64,000 bases of DNA from an uncultured Bacilli bacterium (lineage in GTDB: Bacteria > Bacillota_I > Bacilli_A > RF39 > UBA660). Both the position numbers and the translations under genes were made by a program. The stretch covers positions 113,682-177,681 of the forward strand of contig CAKOHR010000002.1 in assembly GCA_934085825.1 (NCBI GenBank), in the 5' to 3' direction. The notes under the pieces are model-generated. The model worked only from the letters and a program-made list of their open reading frames with translations. It was not told the DNA's origin and did no database searches. Positions 8,488 to 16,446 of this stretch are shown one piece after another. Within the stretch, counting starts at the first letter, position 1. The number at the start of each line of letters is the position of its first letter.

Positions 8488-10569
8488 TTACTTACTTAAT
8501 TCTATCGACAAAATCATATTTTCTTTATCAATTGTATTTCCAGCTTCAATACTTTGACCTGTAACATAGCCATATCCAGAATATTCTAACTTTATACCCA
8601 AAAGCTCTGCATATGTTTTGACATCACTTAAACTCCATCCAGTAAGATTTTCCATTATAAATTCATTACCATTTGTAAGTAAGAATAACTTTTCTCCTGC
8701 TAGTAAAACTTTGTTTTTCAGTGGATATTGATTAATAATATATTTACCATTTCCTAAGGTGATTACGTTTATTTTTTTGTTTTTTAAATCATCAATTGTG
8801 ACATCAACTAACTTACTCATATAATTATCCAAAGTAATTAGTTTACTTAAATCACTATCATTTTTGATTTCTGTAAGTTTGGCGTAACTTGCTATTTCTT
8901 CAATTGCCGTTGTTATAACATTTGCCCATGAACTTAGATTAGTTTCTGGCTTTTTACCTACGGCATAAATGATATATTTCGGATTATCTGCAGGGAAAAT
9001 ACCAGCAAATGATTTAACATAATCATATGTTCCATCTAAATAACCCCCTTTTGGAGATGCTATTTGGGCTGTTCCCGTTTTTCCCATGATACTAACATTA
9101 TCAACTTGCCAATATTTATTTATTTCAATCATTTTTTTCATAAGTTCATGCATTTTATTAACTGTTGATGTGCTGTACACCTTTTTTACTACTTCTCTTT
9201 TTCCTTCATAAGTTACATTGCCATTTTGATCAACAATTTTATCTACTAAATAAGGTTTTATAACATTTCCATCATTGGTTATACTTGTTAATGCTTGAAG
9301 CATTTGAATAGCGGTAACACTTACCCCTTGGCCAAAAGATGCTGTTGCTAGTTCTGATTCATAAACCATATCAATATCTCCGAGGGCTTCGTTTGAAAGT
9401 TCAATACCTGTTTTTTTTCCAAAACCTAAAGAATCATAATAACCACTAAGTTTATCAATGCCTAGTCTTAAAGCTAATGTTGTTGCTGCTACATTAGAAG
9501 AACGTGCAAAACCTTCATCAAAAGAAATTGTTCCCCATCCTTTTCTTTCTGAATCTCTTATAACAGTTCCATCTTTTAATGTATAAGAACCTGAAGCAAA
9601 CAATTCATCACCTTGATATTTTCCTTCTTCGATAGCTGAAGCAAAAGAAAATACTTTCATAACTGAGCCCGGTTCATATTGATAACTTATAAGGGGATTC
9701 ATATACTCTTTAATAGTATTAGTATCATTTGGATTAAAATTTGGACTTGTACTTGTAGCTACGATAGCACCAGTATTAGCATCCATAACAGTAAATACAG
9801 CCCAGTCTGTATTAAATTTTTCTTTCATTGTAGAAACCGCTTTTTCCGTAATAAGTTGAATACTGCTATCAATAGTTAAATATATATCTGAACCATTTTT
9901 GGCTTTTACAGTTTCTTCTGGACTATTTGGTATTTTATAATTACTTGATGTATATTTTAAATATTTTGTATAGCCATTTTCACCAGATAAAATATCATCG
10001 TAATAACCCTCAATGCCTAATTCACCTACGATTTTACCTTCATCATTATCTTTGGCATAACCTATTAAGTATGATGCAAATGTTGATTTGTTATAATATC
10101 TTTTTTTAGAATTTTTAATAAAATCAATGCCAGGAAGTTCTAGTTTTTCAATTTTAGCCTTGACTACTTCACTTATTCCATATCCGCCAGGTCTAAGTTC
10201 TACTTGATATAAATTTTTATTTAAAAGTTCTAGTATTTTGTCTTCCGTCATATTTAAAATTGGTGCTAGTGCTTTTGCAGTTCCTTCTTTGTCTTCAACA
10301 TTTGTTTTATTTGATTTTAAGTAAGCAATAACTGTATAAGAATTTATTGTACTTGCTAATTCTTCTCCATTAACATCGTAAATACTTCCACGGTCAGCAT
10401 ATAATGTTTTTTTTACCGTCGCAATACTTGCAGCTTTTTCTTTTAAATTAATACCATCAACTTTGTTACTTAGAACAATATAAGAAAGTTTGGCAATTAT
10501 TGCCATAAATAAAAAAACAACAGCTAAAATAATTAATTTTGAAATTTTAACTGTTGCTCTTTTTTTCAT
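8488..10569 (-). CDS. pbpB: Penicillin-binding protein 2B (transpeptidase; C-terminal PASTA domain)
   Basis: N-terminal TM segment; transpeptidase motifs (STMK-like SVMK, SSN, KTGT); position after ftsL in the dcw cluster. Confidence 0.85.
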   Translation of the reverse strand: MKKRATVKISKLIILAVVFLFMAIIAKLSYIVLSNKVDGINLKEKAASIATVKKTLYADRGSIYDVNGEELASTINSYTVIAYLKSNKTNVEDKEGTAKALAPILNMTEDKILELLNKNLYQVELRPGGYGISEVVKAKIEKLELPGIDFIKNSKKRYYNKSTFASYLIGYAKDNDEGKIVGELGIEGYYDDILSGENGYTKYLKYTSSNYKIPNSPEETVKAKNGSDIYLTIDSSIQLITEKAVSTMKEKFNTDWAVFTVMDANTGAIVATSTSPNFNPNDTNTIKEYMNPLISYQYEPGSVMKVFSFASAIEEGKYQGDELFASGSYTLKDGTVIRDSERKGWGTISFDEGFARSSNVAATTLALRLGIDKLSGYYDSLGFGKKTGIELSNEALGDIDMVYESELATASFGQGVSVTAIQMLQALTSITNDGNVIKPYLVDKIVDQNGNVTYEGKREVVKKVYSTSTVNKMHELMKKMIEINKYWQVDNVSIMGKTGTAQIASPKGGYLDGTYDYVKSFAGIFPADNPKYIIYAVGKKPETNLSSWANVITTAIEEIASYAKLTEIKNDSDLSKLITLDNYMSKLVDVTIDDLKNKKINVITLGNGKYIINQYPLKNKVLLAGEKLFLLTNGNEFIMENLTGWSLSDVKTYAELLGIKLEYSGYGYVTGQSIEAGNTIDKENMILSIELSK

Positions 10570-10580
10570 ATTATTATCTC

Positions 10581-10883
10581 CTATTCTCCAACTGATTTTA
10601 TATTACTATTATTATACGACAAACCATTTTCTTCGGCAATACTTTGAATGTTTTCTAAGCTTGCTAGTTCATCTATCTGCATAGAAAGGCCTTGATTTAC
10701 TAATTCTTGTTTTTCAATATTTTTGTTTAATTTTTCTACATCGTTGTTAGTTTCTGATAAAAGCGATGATGTATAAACATTAAACATTGGAATTGCTAAA
10801 AGTAAGAATAACAGTAATACATACATTGCTTTTTCTCCTTTTAGAAGTTTCAACTTTTTATTCTTTTTAGCCACTTTAATCAT
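10581..10883 (-). CDS. ftsL: Cell division protein FtsL
   Basis: 100 aa; single TM segment followed by a coiled coil; lies between rsmH and pbpB with a 4-nt overlap with rsmH. Confidence 0.7.
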   Translation of the reverse strand: MIKVAKKNKKLKLLKGEKAMYVLLLFLLLAIPMFNVYTSSLLSETNNDVEKLNKNIEKQELVNQGLSMQIDELASLENIQSIAEENGLSYNNSNIKSVGE

Positions 10884-11791
10884 ATCCTTTCTATTACTCT
10901 TAATTTAGCACTTCTACTTCTGGAATTTTCCTCTAGTTCTTTTTCTCCAGGAAGTATTGGCTTTTTGTTTATTAATTTAATTTTTGGTTTGTAAGCTTCT
11001 GGCACTTCAACTAAACCTTTGACTAGTTCATCAACTTCAGATGCTTCTCTAAATATATTTTTAACAATTCTGTCTTCCAAAGAATGAAATGTTATAACAC
11101 AGATTCTACCACCCTTTTTTAGTAAGTTTATGGCATTTGGCAAAACTTTTTCAAGTACTTTTAGTTCGTTATTAACCTCGATTCTAAGAGCTTGGAATAT
11201 TTTTCTTTCTGGATGATTTTTGTAGAAGTAATTAGCTCCGGTTGAAGCCTTTATAACTTCTACAAGTTCTAGCGTTGTATTTATTTCTTGATGTCTCTTT
11301 TTAATATTTCTAGCTATTACTTTGCTTAATTTTTCTTCACCATATTTGAAAAATATGTTAGTTAGTGCATCTTCACTATAACTATCAATAATGTCTTTGG
11401 CACTTATTCCCTCACTAGACATTCTCATATCCAGTGGACCATCATGCATAAAAGAAAAACCTCTGGTTTCATCATCAATTTGTGGTGATGAGAAACCTAA
11501 ATCAAAGATAATTCCATCTACAGGTCCAATATTTTCTTCGGCAAATACTTCTTTCATGTTAACAAAGTTTGTTTTAAAAATTTTAAAGTTATTACTTATT
11601 TTGCTTAAAACTTCATTTGAATAATTAACAGCTTTTTCATCTTGGTCAAAGCCATATAAATAACCATTAGGTATTTTTTTTAGTATTTCTTTGGAATCAC
11701 CTGCATAACCAATTGTAGCATCGATATAAATTCCGTCATCTTTGATATTTAGATTTTCAATCAATTCCTTTTTAAGTACGCTATAATGCAT
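10880..11791 (-). CDS. rsmH: 16S rRNA (cytosine1402-N4)-methyltransferase RsmH (MraW)
   Basis: 303 aa; SAM-methyltransferase fold motifs (IDATIGYAGDS, DLGFSS); follows mraZ. Confidence 0.9.
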   Translation of the reverse strand: MHYSVLKKELIENLNIKDDGIYIDATIGYAGDSKEILKKIPNGYLYGFDQDEKAVNYSNEVLSKISNNFKIFKTNFVNMKEVFAEENIGPVDGIIFDLGFSSPQIDDETRGFSFMHDGPLDMRMSSEGISAKDIIDSYSEDALTNIFFKYGEEKLSKVIARNIKKRHQEINTTLELVEVIKASTGANYFYKNHPERKIFQALRIEVNNELKVLEKVLPNAINLLKKGGRICVITFHSLEDRIVKNIFREASEVDELVKGLVEVPEAYKPKIKLINKKPILPGEKELEENSRSRSAKLRVIERI

Positions 11792-12225
11792 TATTCTTCC
11801 CCCTCAAATAAGCTTTCTGCAATATTTTCTATTACATCTTCATTGTTTTGCATAAAATTGTTAAATGCGTTGCTATCCCAAATTTCCAAATGATCATTCA
11901 CGCCGATTACGATACATTCTTTATCTAAACCGGCGTAACTAATCAATGGAGAGGTAATACTCATTCGACCTGAATTGTCGAACTTGCAGGCAGTAGCTCC
12001 TGAATAGAAAAATCGGGTAAATGTTCTGGTTACTTTTTTAGTGAAAGGTAGAGTATTAAGTTTGCCCACTAATTTTTCCCATTCTGGTAAAGAATAAACA
12101 TATAAACATTTTTCAATACCTCTGGTTAGAATAAATTCTTGACCAATTTCTTCTCTTAATTTTGTTGGAATAACTAGTCGGCCTTTATCATCAAGATTGT
12201 GATGAAATTCGCCCAGTAACATCAT
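11791..12225 (-). CDS. mraZ: Transcriptional regulator MraZ
   Basis: Duplicated DxxxR motifs (DDKGRLVIP...; SGRMSIT) and LLGEF N-terminus. The tabled ORF begins at a GTG inside the operator; the ATG at 12225 or 12222 is more likely. Confidence 0.85.
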   Translation of the reverse strand: MMLLGEFHHNLDDKGRLVIPTKLREEIGQEFILTRGIEKCLYVYSLPEWEKLVGKLNTLPFTKKVTRTFTRFFYSGATACKFDNSGRMSITSPLISYAGLDKECIVIGVNDHLEIWDSNAFNNFMQNNEDVIENIAESLFEGEE

Positions 12226-12227
12226 AT

Positions 12228-12254
12228 CCCCCACTTTCTCCCACAGACTACCAC
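12228..12254 (-). promoter_or_regulatory. MraZ operator: three direct GTGG(G) repeats with 10-bp phasing
   Basis: The minus strand reads GTGGTAGTCT GTGGGAGAAA GTGGGGGATATGATG. This is the canonical MraZ-binding repeat architecture, here abutting the mraZ start codon. Confidence 0.6.
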
Positions 12255-12368
12255 TGTCTTACTTATATACTATCAAAAACTAAAAAAAAAGTAAATACAG
12301 AATATCTACTTTTATAAAATAACTTTACAAGTTTACACAAATTTACAATATTTTTTTAATCGTTTATA

Positions 12369-12659
12369 TTAGCTTTCTATTTTTTCCCATTTAGCTTCAA
12401 GTTTAATATTTTTTGTAATTGGTTTACTAAAATCAAATTTTTCTTCATTCAAATACCAGCCAAGGAATTTATATTCATCACTATCTGGAGCAGCTGGCTC
12501 AATTATTGTTTCACCTACTTTTACAGTTATTGGTGCAACTCCCGCACCAATTTTGGCAGCAAATTCAACAGTCACAGTCCTAAAATTTAAATAATAAATT
12601 ATTCCTATTATTATAGCAACAATACCTAATATAAGTATTAGCCAACTTTTATTTTTCAT
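12369..12659 (-). CDS. Small membrane-anchored protein with a Listeria-Bacteroides repeat (Flg_new-type, YxFxGWY) domain
   Basis: N-terminal TM segment; YKFLGWY...KWEKI motif typical of the repeat family. Confidence 0.45.
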   Translation of the reverse strand: MKNKSWLILILGIVAIIIGIIYYLNFRTVTVEFAAKIGAGVAPITVKVGETIIEPAAPDSDEYKFLGWYLNEEKFDFSKPITKNIKLEAKWEKIES

Positions 12660-12661
12660 AA

Positions 12662-13078
12662 TTATCTTCCCTTTCCCAATTCTATTTCTTCTGTAAGTTC
12701 AATAACATGTACTTTTTTTAGTTCTAGTTCAAGTATATACAACTTTTTTAAATATTTTTCCATTATTTTTTCTTTTAAGCCTTTTTCTTTTAGTGAAAGT
12801 ACATATTTTTTTATTCTATCTATTTCTGTATAGGCTTCTAAAACATCTCCACTTGTAGTATCTTCTTCTGATACTAGACCATAAACAAGTTTTAGTAGTT
12901 TTTCATATTCTTTATCTATTTTATTTGTCCAAACTTTACTTAATATTTCTGCATCTAATATGGTAACTTTTTTTACCCATTTATATGTCTTCTTTGGAGT
13001 AAATGTATAAGCTTCTTTTTCTTCCAACAACAAAATGTCATGGTCTTCAGGATTATTTTTTAATATATAACTAGTCAT
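12662..13078 (-). CDS. Hypothetical protein (138 aa)
   Basis: ORF overlapping the trmD stop by 8 nt; no recognisable motif. Confidence 0.4.
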   Translation of the reverse strand: MTSYILKNNPEDHDILLLEEKEAYTFTPKKTYKWVKKVTILDAEILSKVWTNKIDKEYEKLLKLVYGLVSEEDTTSGDVLEAYTEIDRIKKYVLSLKEKGLKEKIMEKYLKKLYILELELKKVHVIELTEEIELGKGR

Positions 13079-13745
13079 CTTTCTCCTCCATTAAGTCTGG
13101 TCTCAAAGTTTTAGTTTTTTCTATCTTTTTTTCTTTTCGATATTCATTAATTAATTTATGATTACCAGAAATAAGTACGTCTGGAACTTTTAAGCCTCGG
13201 TATTCCGCAGGTTTTGTATATGTTGGATAATCAAGTAAATTATCATTAAATGATTCTTCCTCAAGTGATGCTTTAGTTATAACATCTGGTAAAAGTCTTG
13301 CAATAGAGTCAGTAATAGCCATTGCGGGAATTTCTCCACCAGTTAGGATATAATCACCAATTGATATAACCTCATCAACAAGGGTTTTAATTCTTTCGTC
13401 AAATCCTTCATAGTGCCCACATATAATAATTAAATGTTTATGGTCTTTTAATCTTTTAGCAACAACTTGCTTATATTTAGTTCCTTCTGGACTTAGAAGT
13501 ATTATGTATGCATCGCTTTTATCAATACTATCTAAACACGCAAATATTGGTTCACATCTAAGAATCATTCCTGCCCCACCACCATATGGAGTGTCGTCAA
13601 CTTGCTTATTATTTAATGGTGAATAATCTCTAAAATTGATTAAATTTACTTCAAGTTTACCTTTATTAATTGCTCTTTTGATTATAGATGTATTTATAAA
13701 TCCTTCAAACATCTCAGGAAAGAGTGTAAGTATATCTATCTTCAT
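13071..13745 (-). CDS. trmD: tRNA (guanine37-N1)-methyltransferase
   Basis: 224 aa; SPOUT-fold motifs (GGGAGM, GEIPAMAITDSI); follows rimM. Confidence 0.9.
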   Translation of the reverse strand: MKIDILTLFPEMFEGFINTSIIKRAINKGKLEVNLINFRDYSPLNNKQVDDTPYGGGAGMILRCEPIFACLDSIDKSDAYIILLSPEGTKYKQVVAKRLKDHKHLIIICGHYEGFDERIKTLVDEVISIGDYILTGGEIPAMAITDSIARLLPDVITKASLEEESFNDNLLDYPTYTKPAEYRGLKVPDVLISGNHKLINEYRKEKKIEKTKTLRPDLMEEKDD

Positions 13746-13755
13746 TAAAACCTCC

Positions 13756-14241
13756 CTATAGTATTAAATTCTTAGCATTTTTAGTATATATTTTTTTCTT
13801 TTTTAAATCAATTTTTATTATATACTCACTTACATAAGGAATATAAAACTCTTTTGTACCTTTTACTTTGATAAGTAAGTTAGCACCTCTTTCGACTGCA
13901 ATAATTTTGCCTAAATCATTTTTACCTTCAATCACATCACAATTGATTAAATCTTTATATAAAAATTCATCTTCTTCTAAATGTAAATCTATTCTTTTTA
14001 TATAGATATTAAAACCAACATATTTTAAAATATCATTAATATTTTTTAAATCATCTATTTCTACTAATATATAGTTTTTGTGATAACGAATACCACTTAT
14101 CTCATGTTCAATATTATTTATAAGTATTTTATTACCTACTTTATAAGCTTTATCACATTTTTCAAAATCACTTATTACTTTAAGTTCACCTTTAATACCA
14201 AAAGTACTAACTGTTTTACCAATATATATCATTTCATTCAT
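13756..14241 (-). CDS. rimM: 16S rRNA processing protein RimM
   Basis: 161 aa; GKTVSTFGIKGELKV N-terminal signature; lies upstream of trmD. Confidence 0.8.
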   Translation of the reverse strand: MNEMIYIGKTVSTFGIKGELKVISDFEKCDKAYKVGNKILINNIEHEISGIRYHKNYILVEIDDLKNINDILKYVGFNIYIKRIDLHLEEDEFLYKDLINCDVIEGKNDLGKIIAVERGANLLIKVKGTKEFYIPYVSEYIIKIDLKKKKIYTKNAKNLIL

Positions 14242-14944
14242 GATTTACCTCATACATTATTATACTTGCAGCAACTCCAGCATTAAGTGATTCGCAAGCA
14301 TCACTAATCTTTATGTTTATAAATTCATCACATAAATTTTTAATGTTATTTGACATGCCACTTCCTTCATTGCCTATTACAATTGCTACATTTTTCTTCG
14401 GGATATCCCTTACATCTACGCCCTTATTTACATCTGTTCCAACGATTTTATAGCCTAAATTTTTAAGAACTGGGATAGCTTCTTCTAAATTTCTTCGAAT
14501 AATATTTAAATTGAATATCATACCTTCCGTTGCTCTTACCACTTTTGGATTGTATAAGTCAACAGATGTATCACTTATTATAATAGTATCAATATTAAAT
14601 GCTACACTACTTCTAATTATGGTTCCTAGATTTCCCGGATCTTGCAGGTTATCTAAAATAATAACGTTGCCATTGACACTATCTTCAGGAATAAATTTAA
14701 CCACTGCAGCGTTATAACTAATTGACTTTTGATCACTTATTTTTTCCATTATTTCTTTAGTTACATAAAAGTCAGCATTTTCATCTACACAACTTATAAT
14801 GTATTCAATTAAATTATTTTTTCTAGCTTCCTCGATTAGATGATCGCCTTCTACAATAAATCTTCTTTCTTTATCTCTTGTCTTTTTATCTTTTAAACTA
14901 ACCCAATACTTAACATTGTTATTATGACTACTCGTAATTTTCAT
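14234..14944 (-). CDS. TrmH/SpoU-family RNA 2'-O-methyltransferase
   Basis: SPOUT motifs (VIGNEGSGMS, ...NVAASI). Confidence 0.75.
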   Translation of the reverse strand: MKITSSHNNNVKYWVSLKDKKTRDKERRFIVEGDHLIEEARKNNLIEYIISCVDENADFYVTKEIMEKISDQKSISYNAAVVKFIPEDSVNGNVIILDNLQDPGNLGTIIRSSVAFNIDTIIISDTSVDLYNPKVVRATEGMIFNLNIIRRNLEEAIPVLKNLGYKIVGTDVNKGVDVRDIPKKNVAIVIGNEGSGMSNNIKNLCDEFINIKISDACESLNAGVAASIIMYEVNHE

Positions 14945-15576
14945 GATTTCAACCTCTTTCTAGCTTCTTTATAATTTGGACATGCAAGGCTCACTAAATG
15001 CCAAAAATTTTTACTATGATTTGCTTCAAAAAAATGACATAGTTCATGAATTATAACATAGTCAAGTAAATCAATGTCTTTTTTTAAAAGTTCAGTATTA
15101 AGTGTTACTGTTTTCCTACTGGGATTACACACTCCCCATCTAGTTATCATACTTCTAAACTTAAGAGTAAAATCTGGTAAATTAGAAAAACATTTCTTAG
15201 CTATTTCAACCTCACTTCTAAAAATTCTTTCAACTTCTGCCTTATAAAAAAGCTCTAATGCTTTCATGGATGGTGCATATACTTTATCGCCCTCAAACTT
15301 TATTCCTTCAACTTCTTCTTTTATTTCAATAAAATATTTTTTACCAAGATATAAAAACAATTCGTTATCATGAGCTTTTTCATAAGCTTTATCATACATT
15401 TTTAAGATACTTTCTTCATTTTCACCTATCATTTTAAGAATATTATCTTTTCCTAAATATATTGGGCATGTTACATATATTTTTAAATCCTCTTTAACTC
15501 TAAAATAAATATTTTTATTGTTTTTTCTAACTATTACTACTTCAATTTCTTTACCATTACTTGCTTTGTATGTCAT
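14941..15576 (-). CDS. YgjP-like (DUF45) zinc-dependent metallohydrolase
   Basis: HELCHFFEANH zinc-binding motif near the C-terminus. Confidence 0.6.
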   Translation of the reverse strand: MTYKASNGKEIEVVIVRKNNKNIYFRVKEDLKIYVTCPIYLGKDNILKMIGENEESILKMYDKAYEKAHDNELFLYLGKKYFIEIKEEVEGIKFEGDKVYAPSMKALELFYKAEVERIFRSEVEIAKKCFSNLPDFTLKFRSMITRWGVCNPSRKTVTLNTELLKKDIDLLDYVIIHELCHFFEANHSKNFWHLVSLACPNYKEARKRLKS

Positions 15577-15937
15577 TTTTTAGTAAGTCCCTTATTTCTT
15601 CTAAAGTCTTAAGTTCAACACTTTTAGATGGTGTTTTAGTTTTTTCTTCTTTGTGAGTTATCTTGTTTAATGCTTTAACAATTAAGAATAAACAAAAAGC
15701 TACTATTAAAAAATCAATTACACTTTGAAGAAATGCCCCATACATAATCTTAGTATCTTTAAATGTAATAGAAAGGCTAGAAAAATCAACGCCTCCAATA
15801 ATAAGACCAATAACTGGTGTAAAAATATTGTTAACTAAACTAGTTACAATCGAAGAAAAAGCACCTCCAACAATAACCCCAACTGCTAAATCTAATACAT
15901 TGCCTCTGTCAATAAATTTTTTAAATTCTTTAAACAT
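15557..15937 (-). CDS. mscL: Large-conductance mechanosensitive channel
   Basis: FKEFKKFIDRGNVLDLAVGVIVGGAF is the MscL signature. Confidence 0.85.
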   Translation of the reverse strand: MFKEFKKFIDRGNVLDLAVGVIVGGAFSSIVTSLVNNIFTPVIGLIIGGVDFSSLSITFKDTKIMYGAFLQSVIDFLIVAFCLFLIVKALNKITHKEEKTKTPSKSVELKTLEEIRDLLKNDIQSK

Positions 15938-16128
15938 CAAAATCAACTTCTTTCTTTAAATATTTTAACATAAAAAACTTAATATGTATATTCTAAATTT
16001 GTTTATTTCTAATGCGTTGGATATAAGTTGGAGAGGTATTTGCTCTTATGACTAAGTAAATTTTAATTTGTTTTTAAGTAAGATAATATTATTTTATATA
16101 GAAAAGTTAAAAAAATTTATAACTTGTA

Positions 16129-16157
16129 TTGAATATTAGCTTAAAATATTGTATAAT
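16129..16157 (+). promoter_or_regulatory. Sigma-A-type promoter TTGAAT-17-TATAAT driving the SAM riboswitch
   Basis: Read directly: TTGAAT at 16129-16134, 17-nt spacer, TG-TATAAT at 16150-16157. Confidence 0.55.
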
Positions 16158-16164
16158 TATATCA

Positions 16165-16290
16165 TATCTTATAAAGAGTGATGGAGGGACTAGCCCTTTG
16201 AAATCACACCAACTTATTAAATTAGGTGGTAATGCTAGAACTATAAGATACTTTCCTATCATCCAAGGTTATTCTTGGATGCTTTTTTAT
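16165..16290 (+). ncRNA. SAM-I (S-box) riboswitch with an intrinsic terminator; orphan (no downstream plus-strand gene)
   Basis: CUUAUAAAGAG...GGAGGGACUAGCCCUUUGAA...GGUGGUAAUGCUAGAACUAUAAG matches the S-box core (cf. B. subtilis yitJ leader CUUAUCAAGAG..GGAGGGACUGGCCCGAUGAA..GGUGCCAAUUCC..AGAUGAG). P1 forms from CUUAUAA with UUAUAAG. The terminator is UCCAAG-GUUAUU-CUUGGA followed by a U-run. Confidence 0.7.
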
Positions 16291-16352
16291 TTCTATGTTT
16301 ACAATTTTTACATAATAAATCCCCGCTTTTAAGCGAGGTTATTTTTTATTTA

Positions 16353-16429
16353 TGGCGTCCTTGGCAGGAATCGAACCTGTGACCTAATGCGTCGGAGGCA
16401 TTCGCTCTATCCTACTGAGCTACAAGGAC
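16353..16429 (-). tRNA. tRNA-Arg (anticodon CCG), CCA encoded
   Basis: Manual cloverleaf: acceptor GUCCUUG/CAAGGAC, D-stem GCUC/GAGC, anticodon stem AAUGC/GCAUU with loop CUCCGAC, T-loop UUCGAUU, discriminator G, CCA. A hairpin with a U-run follows. Confidence 0.85.
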
Positions 16430-16446
16430 CCACAAATATTTTATCA

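Noticed and set aside
16129-16332. 67-aa plus-strand ORF from the six-frame table.
   Set aside because: It entirely overlaps the SAM-I riboswitch and its terminator. It has no Shine-Dalgarno sequence and its composition is non-protein-like, so it is a spurious ORF in AT-rich RNA-coding DNA.
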